From positions 2,304,001 to 2,368,000 of the forward strand of contig CBDCCI010000002.1 of NCBI GenBank assembly GCA_965214705.1: a stretch of DNA of 64,000 nucleotides. The letters are read 5' to 3'. The translations under genes and the position numbers were made by a program. Positions within the stretch are counted from its first letter, which is position 1; each line of letters starts with the position of its first letter. Below are positions 55,430-64,000 of this stretch, piece by piece. The notes beneath the pieces are model-generated. The model made no database searches. It was not told where the DNA came from and saw only the letters and a program-made list of their open reading frames with translations. Source of the stretch: Alphaproteobacteria bacterium (GTDB lineage Bacteria; Pseudomonadota; Alphaproteobacteria; UBA828).

Positions 55430-56452
55430 TTACGAGCGGTCGGCGTACATCGCGTCGACGAGGCCGTAGCGGTCGACCACGCCGACCATCCGGCCTCTCT
55501 CGTCGACGACTGCCACCGGGCGCTCGGCTTCGATCACCTGCGGCGCGACGTCCGCCAGGGTGGCGTCCGCCTCGACCTCGCCTTGCGTCGTCTCGCCCGC
55601 GGCAGCGGGGCGCACAGCCGTCGCCACTGTGAGCAGGCGATCCCGCGCCACGTCCTTGGTGAACTCGCGCACGTAGTCGGTCTCGGGGTTCTCGATCAGC
55701 TCGGTGGCGGTGCCGGCCTGCTCGATGATGCCGTCCTTCATGATGATGATGCGGTCGGCGAGCCGGATGGCCTCATCGAAGTCATGCGTGATGAACAGGA
55801 TCGTCTTGTGCAGCATGTTCTGCAGACGCAGGAACTCGTTCTGCATCTCGCGGCGGATGAGCGGATCGAGAGCGGAGAAGGGCTCGTCGAGGAACCAGAG
55901 CTCGGGCCCCACCGCGAGCGACCGGGCAATTCCGACGCGCTGCTGCTGCCCGCCGGAGAGCTCGCGCGGGTAATAGCGCTCGCGCCCTTCGAGGCCGACG
56001 AGCTCGATCATCTCGCGGGCACGAGTCTCCCGCGTGCGACGGTCGATGCCCTGGACCTCGAGCGGAAAGGCCACGTTCTGCAACACCGTGCGGTGGGGCA
56101 GCAGCGCGAAGTGCTGGAACACCATGCCCATCTTGTGGCGGCGGAGCTGCGTCAGCTCGCGGTTGGTCGCCTTGAGCAGGTCCTGGCCCTCGAACACGAT
56201 CGCGCCGGCGGTGGGCTCGATCAAGCGGGCGAGGCAACGGAGCAGCGTGGACTTGCCGGAGCCCGAGAGCCCCATGATCACCAGGATCTCGCCGGCGTTG
56301 ACCTCTAGCGAGGCGTCGCGGACGGCGGGGATGTAGCCCTCGTCAAGAATGGCGGAGAGACCGGGCGCGCCCCCGTGTCTGTCCATGAACGGCCGGGGTT
56401 TGGGGCCGAACAGCTTCCAGACGCTGCTGCACGTGAGAATAGGTTCGGCCAA
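55430..56452 (-). CDS. tmoW: TMAO ABC transporter ATPase
   Basis: GLSGSGKS, LSGGQQQR, DEPFSALD; TTG start after GGGGAGG; gene context. Confidence 0.75.
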   Translation of the reverse strand: MAEPILTCSSVWKLFGPKPRPFMDRHGGAPGLSAILDEGYIPAVRDASLEVNAGEILVIMGLSGSGKSTLLRCLARLIEPTAGAIVFEGQDLLKATNRELTQLRRHKMGMVFQHFALLPHRTVLQNVAFPLEVQGIDRRTRETRAREMIELVGLEGRERYYPRELSGGQQQRVGIARSLAVGPELWFLDEPFSALDPLIRREMQNEFLRLQNMLHKTILFITHDFDEAIRLADRIIIMKDGIIEQAGTATELIENPETDYVREFTKDVARDRLLTVATAVRPAAAGETTQGEVEADATLADVAPQVIEAERPVAVVDERGRMVGVVDRYGLVDAMYADRS

Positions 56453-56561
56453 ATCGCACCTCCCCGCCACGGCAGAGCGCGTGCCGCTACCCCACCTCGT
56501 CGGCGCTTCGCTCCATCGTTGGCGGCGATGGGCGCGAATACTATGTGCCGGCAGGGGCATG

Positions 56562-56607
56562 AAATAAAGCGAGGGCGCCGCCACAGGGAGTCAAGGCGGC
56601 GCCCTCG
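56562..56607 (-). terminator. hairpin/terminator between tmoX and tmoW
   Basis: 13-bp stem CGAGGGCGCCGCC/GGCGGCGCCCTCG followed by CTTTATTT on the minus strand. Confidence 0.65.
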
Positions 56608-56624
56608 TAGCCAAGGACTCTGGG

Positions 56625-57593
56625 TTAGTTAACCCAGGACATCCACTTGGCTTCGTTGTCGGCCAGCCACTTGTCGGCCGCTTCTTCGACCTCCATGCCG
56701 TCGATGTCGACGAGCTTGGACATCACCGCGATATCGAGATTGGTCAGGTTCATCTTCGAAACGATGGCATAGACCGTCGGCCACTTGTCGGGCATGCCCT
56801 TCCAGACGCCGATCTTGAGATAACCGTCCTTCGGGTTGCCGCAGTCATAGGTCATGTCGGGATTGGGACCCCAGGCCGGGTCGTCCTTGCAGCCCTCGCC
56901 ATACTCCGGGAACTCGACGAACTTGCCGTCGTAGATCGCCTCGATGAAGTTGGGCGTCCAGTTGAAGTGCACGATCGGCGCCTTGCGCTCGAACGCCGAT
57001 GCGAGCTCCGCCCAGATCGCCGCGGCCGAGCCGGCGTTCACCACTTCGAAGTCCATGCCGAGGCCTTCGACGCGCTCAGCGTCGTGCTTCAACCAGTCGA
57101 CCGGCCCGCCGAGGAAGCGACCCTTCGGAGCCGTCTCGGCAGTCGCGAACATCTCGGCGCAGGCATTCAGCGCCTCCCAGTCGGGCAGGCCCGGGCACTG
57201 CTCCTCGACATAACTGGGATACCACCACTCCTCGCGGGTCTTGGCGTCGTGGGTCGCAGCGTCGATCACGCAGCCTTCGCCAACGACCTGCTCGAACGCC
57301 ACGCCGAACGCGCCCTGCCAGACCTCGTGGACCACGTCGATGTCACCCTCGCACATGGAGGTGTAAACCACCTGGCTGTCGGCGGGGATGAACTCGGTCT
57401 CGAAGCCTTGGCCGTTCAGAATCTTGCCCAAAACGTGGGCACCCACGATCTGGCTTGACCAGTTATGGATCGGGATCTTGATCGGGTCGTCGGAATCCGC
57501 GGCCTGAGCCACGCCGGACACGGCGCCCGACAAGCCGATCGCGGCCCCTGTGACGAGCGCGATTGCCCACCGCCTCATATTTGTACCCACCAT
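56625..57593 (-). CDS. tmoX: TMAO-binding periplasmic protein
   Basis: PIKIPIHNWSSQ, HEVWQ, TREEWWYP, NWTPNF; lies between tdm and torRST. Confidence 0.8.
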   Translation of the reverse strand: MVGTNMRRWAIALVTGAAIGLSGAVSGVAQAADSDDPIKIPIHNWSSQIVGAHVLGKILNGQGFETEFIPADSQVVYTSMCEGDIDVVHEVWQGAFGVAFEQVVGEGCVIDAATHDAKTREEWWYPSYVEEQCPGLPDWEALNACAEMFATAETAPKGRFLGGPVDWLKHDAERVEGLGMDFEVVNAGSAAAIWAELASAFERKAPIVHFNWTPNFIEAIYDGKFVEFPEYGEGCKDDPAWGPNPDMTYDCGNPKDGYLKIGVWKGMPDKWPTVYAIVSKMNLTNLDIAVMSKLVDIDGMEVEEAADKWLADNEAKWMSWVN

Positions 57594-57673
57594 AGTCGCC
57601 TCCTCGTTAGTGCTCGCATGAGCGTGTCTCGTGCGCGGGCCCTCCGCGCCGAGCCTGCAAGCCTAGAGAGGCG

Positions 57674-57735
57674 TTGTGAACAAGACAGACCCTTGCGATA
57701 AACAGCCTGTAAAAGATCATGAAAGATGTGAAAAT
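57674..57735 (-). promoter_or_regulatory. tor-box-like direct repeats in the tmoX-torR intergenic region
   Basis: Minus-strand TTGTTCACAA (57674-83) and CTGTTTATCG (57696-705), each 7/10 to the E. coli tor box CTGTTCATAT, plus weaker copies at ~11-bp phasing. Confidence 0.45.
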
Positions 57736-57765
57736 GAGGTGGAGATTGAGGCGCGGGGCCCGGAG

Positions 57766-58470
57766 ATGACGGACCCGTATCACATCGTCGTGGTCGAGGA
57801 CGACGCCGTCACCCGCACCAAGCTCGCCGGCTATGCCCAGGCGGCAGGCCACCGGGTGAGCGAGGCGGAGGACGGCGAACGCATGTGGCGCATCCTCGAA
57901 AGGGATGCCGCCGACCTCATCCTGCTCGACATCAACCTGCCGCGCGAAGACGGACTCGATCTGACCCGCAAGCTCAGGGCGCAAAGCAACGTCGGGATCA
58001 TCCTCGTGACGGTGCGCGACGACGACGTGGACCGGATCCTGGGTCTCGAGATTGGCGCCGACGACTACATCACCAAGCCTTTCAACCCGCGGGAGCTGCT
58101 CGCGCGCGTCAAAAGCGTTCTGCGCCGCGCCAAGGAGGGCACGCGGGAGCCCTTCTCGGGGCGCCGCTTCGCCGGTTGGGAGTTCTCCTCAGCGGCCCGC
58201 AAGCTGGTCTCGCCGGAGGGCGAGACGGTGCAGTTGACCCGGGCCGAGCACGAGCTGCTCGCAGCCCTGGTAGATCATCCGGGCCAGGTGCTCTCGCGGG
58301 AACGTCTGCTCGCGCTGATCACTCACCGGTCCTGGGAGCCGGGCGACCGGACCATCGATGTTCTGGTCCGACGGCTTCGGCGCAAGATCGAGCAGAATCC
58401 GAAGAACCCCGAGATCATCGTGACCGCGCACGGCGAGGGCTACCTGTTCACCCCGGCAGTGACCACCTGA
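57766..58470 (+). CDS. torR: OmpR-family response regulator, TorR-like
   Basis: VVEDD.VTR..L..Y, LLDINLP.EDGL.LTR.LR, GADDY.TKP, HGEGY. Confidence 0.85.
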   Translation: MTDPYHIVVVEDDAVTRTKLAGYAQAAGHRVSEAEDGERMWRILERDAADLILLDINLPREDGLDLTRKLRAQSNVGIILVTVRDDDVDRILGLEIGADDYITKPFNPRELLARVKSVLRRAKEGTREPFSGRRFAGWEFSSAARKLVSPEGETVQLTRAEHELLAALVDHPGQVLSRERLLALITHRSWEPGDRTIDVLVRRLRRKIEQNPKNPEIIVTAHGEGYLFTPAVTT

Positions 58471-61406
58471 CCCTCACGTTCGGCTGTTTCGAGACCCGCC
58501 CAGAGCGTCACCAGCGCCTCGCGCGATTCGTCGAACAACCGGTCCAGGTCCTCGGCAACTGCCGCCGCCTCTGGCGTGCGGGCGCGCGCCTCGAGCACGC
58601 CGCAGCGGTCCGCGAGGCGGCGCAGCCCAAGGCTGCCGGCGGCTCCTCTCAGCGCGTGGGCGAGGTCCGCCGCCCGCTCGGTCCGCCCCTCGGCCAGCGC
58701 CTGCCTGATGCCCTCAATCTGAGCCGGTGCCGTCTCGATAAAGGTATCGACCATCAAGCCGCCGCGCTCCGCCCCCAGCACCGCGCGATCCTGCGCGAGG
58801 ACGGCGGGATCGATGATCGCCTCCCCGCTGTCACCGGCACGGCCGCCGTCCATGGCGGCGCGCTCGCCGGGCGTGCGGCCGAGAACGCTGGCGATGGTCT
58901 GCGCCAGGCCATCCGGCGCGATGGGCTTGCCGATGAAGGCATCCATCCCTGACTGCAGGTGCTGGGCGACCTCGTTGTCGAACACGTGAGCCGACATGGC
59001 GATGACCGGCAACGAGCGAATCGCCGCATCGGCGTGGGCGCGGATGCGCTGCGTCGCCTCGATGCCGTCGATGCCGGGCAGGCTGATGTCCATGAGGACG
59101 AGATCGAACGCCTGCTCCTCCAGCAGTTCGAGCCCCTCCTCCGCGGTGGGCGCGACGAGGGGCTTGTGCCCCATCCTGGCGACGAAGGCCTCCACCACCA
59201 TGGCGTTGACCACGTTGTCCTCCACGATAAGGACGTCGAGCGATTGGCCGTGGCCGGCTGCCTCGTATGCTACCGCCTCGACCGGCGGCTGGACCGCGGC
59301 TTCGCCCTGCGGCAGTGGCAGCGAAACGGAGAAGCAGCTGCCGTCTCCCACTTCCGTCTCCACTGCGATGTCGCCCCCCATCGCCGTGACCAGCCGCCTG
59401 GAAATGGCGAGTCCGAGCCCGGTGCCGGTCTGCTGCCCGTGCCGGCGCGACGCGGCGGCCTGATAGAAGGGCTCGAAGAGATGGGCGAGGTCGGCTGCGG
59501 CGATGCCGGGGCCGGTGTCCCGCACGGCCAAGCGGATCGCATCGGGCTCCGCGCCGTTCGAGACCTCGAGCGTGACGGCGCCGCGCTCCGTGAACTTGAT
59601 GCCGTTGCCAAGCAAGTTGAGCAGCACCTGGCTGAGCTTTTGGCGATCGCCTGCCACCGCCGTGGGCACGCCGTCCTCGATCGCCAGGTCCAGGGCTAGG
59701 TCCTTCTCCCTGGCGCGCCCCTGCATCAGCACCACGATGTCCTCGACCAGCTCGTGCAGGTCGAAGACCGCGCGCTCCACCTCGATCTCGCCCGATTCGA
59801 CCCGCGAGTAGTCGAGTATGTCGTTGAGAATGCCGAGCAGGATTTCGCTCGACGAGCGCATGACCCTCACCTGCTGGCGCTGCCGCTCGTTGAGCGGACC
59901 GTCGGCCATGAGCCGCAGCATGCCGAGAACCCCGTTCATCGGGGTGCGGATCTCATGGCTCATGGTGGCGAGGAACTCCGACTTGGCGCGGCTCGCCTGC
60001 TCGGCGCGGGCGCGGGCGCGATCGTGGTTGCGTACCTCCTCGACCAGCCGGGCATTGGCCTCGGTCAGCTGCGCCGTGCGTTCCGCGACCAGTCTCTCCA
60101 GGTGCTCCTTGTGCTGCCGCAACTCGGCGTTGGTCTGTTCCCGCTCCTTCTCAAGCTCCCGCTTGCCGATCGCCTGGTCGCGGAAGACGCGCACCGTATC
60201 GGCCATGTCGGAGAGCTCGTCCTTCCCTCCCTCGGGCACATCGACGTCGAGCCGCCCCGCCGCGAGGCTCTGCATGACCCCGTGCAGCGATGTGAGCCGG
60301 TGGACGATATTGCGATGGACGTAGAGCCAGGCGATGGCGACCGCGATCGCGATGAACAGCACAATCTGGAGGAGGACGGTGAGGCCGCCGAACTCGACGG
60401 CACTATCCGCCGCCGCGGATGCGTCGGCGGCGATCTGCTGGGAGCGGGAGACGACCGCCGCGACGCCCTCGTTCATGCGGTCGGTCAAGGCGCGGTTGTC
60501 GTCCGCCAGGACCGCGAGCGCCGCATCGAGGTGTAGCGCCCGGCGGCGCTGGTTGAACAAGCCGAGCGTGCCGGGGGGCCCGTCGGAGGCGAGCGCGGCG
60601 ACGAGCGACCCCGCCTGCTCGCGGCGGATTGGGTCATCAATCAGAGCCACCCGGCGCTCGAGAATGCGGAGGTTGCCGCTGTAGCGCTCCTCGATCCATT
60701 CGATCTCGCCGGTATCCCGCGCGCGGCCGAGCTGGTTCAGCAGCAGACCCTGCTCCGAGGCGCGCATCCTGAGTTCGAACATCCGCTCCAGCAGGAAGAG
60801 ATCGGCCTCCACCAGCCGGTCGAAGGCGTCCAGCATGGCCGCGAGGCGCGCGGTATCCTCGGCAAGCTCGTAGAGATTGGAGATGACCACCGTCGCGCCG
60901 GACGCCGCGTTGGAGGTCAGCGTCTCCGAGAGCGCGGAGAGCTCGCCGGCCGCATCCAGCGTCCGCGCGACCGAAGCGGCCAGCACGGCATTCATCCCGA
61001 TCCGCGCCGCGACGAGCTCGTCCTGCCGGTTCAGGTTCGCGGCAAGCGCCGACACCACGCCGCGCAGCTCCGCCACTTCCTGTTCGGGAAAGCCGTAACC
61101 TTCAAGCACGTCGAGGCGGGCAGAGAGCAGATCGGTCGTGGACCGCAGGATGTTGGCCTGGGTCTGCCGCTCCCTCTGGCTTTCTGCGGTAGCGAGCAGG
61201 GCGCCGTGCGCCGCGATTTGGGTGGAAGTCTCGGCGATGATCCGCCCCTCGGCGATCGCCGGCATGGCCTCATCCACGATCGTCGTCTGCGCAGTGTCGA
61301 CGTTGCGCAGAACGACCCAGCCGATGATCCCGGCTGCGATCGAGAGAGCCGCCACCCCCGCAAACGAAGCGAACAGGCGGCTCGCGATGCCGAAGCGGCC
61401 GAACAT
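58440..61406 (-). CDS. torS: hybrid sensor kinase, TorS-like
   Basis: TM, periplasmic helical sensor, HAMP, SHEIRTP, GTGLGL, receiver LMDI, Hpt AHALRG. Confidence 0.85.
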   Translation of the reverse strand: MFGRFGIASRLFASFAGVAALSIAAGIIGWVVLRNVDTAQTTIVDEAMPAIAEGRIIAETSTQIAAHGALLATAESQRERQTQANILRSTTDLLSARLDVLEGYGFPEQEVAELRGVVSALAANLNRQDELVAARIGMNAVLAASVARTLDAAGELSALSETLTSNAASGATVVISNLYELAEDTARLAAMLDAFDRLVEADLFLLERMFELRMRASEQGLLLNQLGRARDTGEIEWIEERYSGNLRILERRVALIDDPIRREQAGSLVAALASDGPPGTLGLFNQRRRALHLDAALAVLADDNRALTDRMNEGVAAVVSRSQQIAADASAAADSAVEFGGLTVLLQIVLFIAIAVAIAWLYVHRNIVHRLTSLHGVMQSLAAGRLDVDVPEGGKDELSDMADTVRVFRDQAIGKRELEKEREQTNAELRQHKEHLERLVAERTAQLTEANARLVEEVRNHDRARARAEQASRAKSEFLATMSHEIRTPMNGVLGMLRLMADGPLNERQRQQVRVMRSSSEILLGILNDILDYSRVESGEIEVERAVFDLHELVEDIVVLMQGRAREKDLALDLAIEDGVPTAVAGDRQKLSQVLLNLLGNGIKFTERGAVTLEVSNGAEPDAIRLAVRDTGPGIAAADLAHLFEPFYQAAASRRHGQQTGTGLGLAISRRLVTAMGGDIAVETEVGDGSCFSVSLPLPQGEAAVQPPVEAVAYEAAGHGQSLDVLIVEDNVVNAMVVEAFVARMGHKPLVAPTAEEGLELLEEQAFDLVLMDISLPGIDGIEATQRIRAHADAAIRSLPVIAMSAHVFDNEVAQHLQSGMDAFIGKPIAPDGLAQTIASVLGRTPGERAAMDGGRAGDSGEAIIDPAVLAQDRAVLGAERGGLMVDTFIETAPAQIEGIRQALAEGRTERAADLAHALRGAAGSLGLRRLADRCGVLEARARTPEAAAVAEDLDRLFDESREALVTLWAGLETAEREGQVVTAGVNR

Positions 61407-61453
61407 CGCGAAATTAGAACACCGGTTGGAATTGAAAGGCAATCGGCCGCATC

Positions 61454-62563
61454 ATGCGGGCCATGAGACTACCGCGCTTACCGAGCCTCGTTTTCGGCCT
61501 CCTCGCGGGCGTGCTACTGGCCGCCGGGCCGACACTCGGCGCGGAGCAAGACGCGGCGCCGAATTCCACATCCTCCTCGACGTGGGCGCTCGAAGCCTGG
61601 TCGCCGCCCTTCGATTTCCGCAGCCCGACGACGACCATCACCTATCGCCCCCTAGAGCGCGCATCGCAGAAGTGGCGCATCTGCGCCTCATACCCCCACC
61701 TCAAGGATTCGTACTGGCTGAGCGTCAACTACGGCATGGTGGAGGAGGCGAAGCGTCTCGGCGTCGCGCTCCGCGTGGTCGAGGCGGGAGGCTACCCCAA
61801 CCTCGAACGCCAGATCGCCCAGATCACCGAATGCGCCCAGGACGCGGACATCCTTGCGCTGGGAGCGGTGAGCTTCGACGGGCTGACCGAGGCGGTGCTC
61901 GCGATCAGCGAGGAAATCCCCGTGCTCGCCGTGGTCAACGACATCGCCGACGCCGGCATCAGCGCCAAGGCCGCCGTCTCCTGGGTCACGATGGGGGCGG
62001 TCACCGGTGCCTACCTCGCCAGCCTCCATCCGGCGGGCACGCCGACGGTCAAGGTGGCGTGGTTCCCCGGCCCGCGGGAGTCGCAGTGGGCCTACTTCGT
62101 CGAGGAGGGGTTCACCGAAGCGCTCGCGGGCAGCGCCGTCGATATCGTCGTGAGGAAGTGGGGCGATACCGGCCGCGAAATCCAGCTGATCCTGGTCGAG
62201 GAAGCGCTGGAGGAACGCCCCGATGTCGACTACATCGTGGGCAGCGCGGTTACCGCAGGCGCGGCGGTGAGCCTGCTCAGGGCGCGTGGCCTCACCGGCC
62301 AGATCCGGGTGCTGGCGGACTACTTCACCCACGCGGTCTATCGCGGCATCAAACGTGACAAGATTCTCGCCGCGCCCACCGACTTCCCCGCCCTGCAAGG
62401 CCGCATGGGCATCGAGATGGCCGTGCGGCTCCTCGAAGGCAAGCTCGAGCACCCGCACGCCGGGCCTTTGATCCACATCGTCGAGCAGGCCAATCTCGAT
62501 TCCTTCAACACGCGCCTTTCTCTGGCGCCGGCCGACTTCTCGCCCACGTTCGTGGTCGAGTAG
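61454..62563 (+). CDS. torT: periplasmic TMAO sensor, TorT-like
   Basis: YPHLKDSYWLSVNYGMVEEA, EAGGY, DYIVGSAV, HAVYRG. Confidence 0.9.
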   Translation: MRAMRLPRLPSLVFGLLAGVLLAAGPTLGAEQDAAPNSTSSSTWALEAWSPPFDFRSPTTTITYRPLERASQKWRICASYPHLKDSYWLSVNYGMVEEAKRLGVALRVVEAGGYPNLERQIAQITECAQDADILALGAVSFDGLTEAVLAISEEIPVLAVVNDIADAGISAKAAVSWVTMGAVTGAYLASLHPAGTPTVKVAWFPGPRESQWAYFVEEGFTEALAGSAVDIVVRKWGDTGREIQLILVEEALEERPDVDYIVGSAVTAGAAVSLLRARGLTGQIRVLADYFTHAVYRGIKRDKILAAPTDFPALQGRMGIEMAVRLLEGKLEHPHAGPLIHIVEQANLDSFNTRLSLAPADFSPTFVVE

Positions 62564-62726
62564 GCGCCGACGGGCTGCACCGGCGATATCGCGCCCTGCC
62601 CCGGTCGCTGCGCTCCGGGTTTGCGCCGCGCTCGCTCTTTGGCATGATGCGCCCGCAATCTGGCGCGCCGGCGGAGATTAGGCCGCTGGCAGGCGCGCCG
62701 GAGCCGTGTTGAGGGGGCCTGGAACC

Positions 62727-63290
62727 GTGCAAGCATCCTTGGAGAGCTGCCCAGCCCTCGTGCTCAACGCCGACTACCGGCCGCTCAGCTACTTCCCGCT
62801 TTCCGTCTGGGGCTGGCAGGACGCGGTCAAGGCGGCGTTCCTCGACCGGGTGACCATCCTCTCGGAATACGACCGGGCGATCCGCTCGCCGAGCACGGCG
62901 ATCCGGCTGCCGAGCGTGGTCGCGCTCAAGCGCTACCGCCCGCTCGCGCGCCGGCCCGCGTTCACGCGGTTCAACGTCTTCCTGCGGGATTCGTTCACCT
63001 GCCAGTATTGCGTGGCCCCCTTCCCGGTGGAGGACCTCACCTTCGACCACCTGGTGCCGCGCTCGCGCGGCGGGCGCACCACTTGGGGCAACGTTGTCAC
63101 CGCCTGCAGCGCCTGCAACCTCGCCAAGAGCAACCGGCTGCCGCGGGAGTGCGGCATGCGGCCGGCGCGCAAGCCGCGTCCGCCCAGCGCCTACGACCTG
63201 CACCAGGCGGGCCGGCGCTTCCCGCCCCGTTACCTGCACGAGAGCTGGGGCGACTACCTCTACTGGGATTCCGAGCTGGACCCCGACTAG
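62727..63290 (+). CDS. HNH endonuclease
   Basis: LVLNADY.PL, RDSFTCQYC, TFDHLVPRSRGG, C..CN..K. Confidence 0.9.
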   Translation: MQASLESCPALVLNADYRPLSYFPLSVWGWQDAVKAAFLDRVTILSEYDRAIRSPSTAIRLPSVVALKRYRPLARRPAFTRFNVFLRDSFTCQYCVAPFPVEDLTFDHLVPRSRGGRTTWGNVVTACSACNLAKSNRLPRECGMRPARKPRPPSAYDLHQAGRRFPPRYLHESWGDYLYWDSELDPD

Positions 63291-63314
63291 CGCCGCAGAA
63301 CCGGGAGAGCGCAG

Positions 63315-64000
63315 ATGCTCGTCGAGCAGATCTGGACCGCCAACGACTATCGCAATTTCAACTACCTGATCGCCTGCCCCGAGACCGGCGAGGCGCTCGC
63401 GGTCGACCCTCTCGATCACAAGCGCTGCCTCAAGGCGGCCAAGGATAGGGGCTGGCAGATCACCCAGATCCTCAACACCCACGAGCACGGCGATCACACC
63501 GGCGGCAACAAGGCGATGGTCAAGGCCACCGGCGCCACCTTGCTCGCCCACGCCAACGCCAAGGGCAAGATCCCCGGCATCGACCGCGGGCTCGGCGCAG
63601 GCGACGTGATCAAGGTCGGCGCCACGGTGGAGCTGGAGGCGCTGGACACCCCCGGCCACACCATGAGCCATGTCTGCCTGCTCTCCCGCACCGACACGCC
63701 GTCGCTCTTCTGCGGCGATACCCTCTTCAACGCCGGCGCCGGCAACTGCCATTCCGGCGGCCATCCGGCGGAGCTTTACGAAACCTTCGCCGGCCAGCTC
63801 GCGAAGCTGCCGGACGAGACCCTGATCTACCCCGGCCACGACTACATCGCGCACAACCTGGGCTTCACCCTGGACCGGGAGCCCGACAACAAGCAGGCGG
63901 CCTCGCTGCTTGAGGAGATAGGACCGCAGGACCCCGACGACGCCCTGGTCTCGACGCTCGCGCTGGAAAAGGAGATCAACACCTTCTTCCGCCTGCACAG
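63315..64000 (+). CDS. gloB: hydroxyacylglutathione hydrolase-like MBL hydrolase (runs off the window end)
   Basis: Read from the sequence: MLVEQIW..NDYRNFNY, THEHGDHTGG, TPGHT, GDTLF, PGHDY. Confidence 0.8.
   Translation, partial: MLVEQIWTANDYRNFNYLIACPETGEALAVDPLDHKRCLKAAKDRGWQITQILNTHEHGDHTGGNKAMVKATGATLLAHANAKGKIPGIDRGLGAGDVIKVGATVELEALDTPGHTMSHVCLLSRTDTPSLFCGDTLFNAGAGNCHSGGHPAELYETFAGQLAKLPDETLIYPGHDYIAHNLGFTLDREPDNKQAASLLEEIGPQDPDDALVSTLALEKEINTFFRLH

Noticed and set aside
53426-57593. Generic ProU glycine-betaine transporter
   Set aside because: The binding-protein motifs and position between tdm and torRST favour TMAO; specificity remains unproven
62727-63290. HNH as a mobile or RNA-guided nuclease
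   Set aside because: Short stand-alone HNH of a common chromosomal type, with no RuvC, repeats or element ends
1-64000. tRNA, rRNA, relaxase/T4SS, phage structural or cas genes
   Set aside because: None recognisable by inspection

Overview
GC-rich bacterial DNA, probably alphaproteobacterial, in two parts. (1) 1-30.4 kb is a scrambled ICE/plasmid-like region. It holds a NADAR gene, a MoxR-type AAA/VWA pair split across the region, two adjacent or nested 'tyrosine recombinase + IS91-type Y2 transposase' elements with perfect hairpins at their outer junctions, and a truncated RIT element. A co-oriented minus-strand cargo string follows (toprim, ssb, hicBA, a 4x zinc-finger protein, radC, methylase-strawberry-notch helicase, DUF2958, GHKL ATPase, ParB, small hypotheticals), ending at an IS1634-like element with no target duplication. 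(2) 30.4-64 kb is chromosomal backbone: dipeptidase, VOC, GFA, xth, erpA, sbmA/bacA, a LIV-type ABC transporter with class IV aminotransferase, an IS-disrupted spondin-like gene, osmC, an RND pump, an amidase, a TMAO uptake/demethylation/sensing cluster (tdm, tmoVWX, torR/torS/torT), an HNH nuclease and gloB. Best candidate for an undescribed system: the RIT element interrupts a toprim-primase gene yet carries a divergent full-length homologue just inside its end. The broken gene's frame reads through the RIT end and its stop overlaps the passenger's start (TGATG), which looks like built-in target-gene rescue. Other leads are a host-mirroring palindrome at an IS91-like junction, conserved upstream repeats before cargo genes, a solitary CRISPR-repeat-like sequence, iteron-like repeats and an FtsZ-like tail on ParB. 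All family calls come from motif recognition only; no searches were run.
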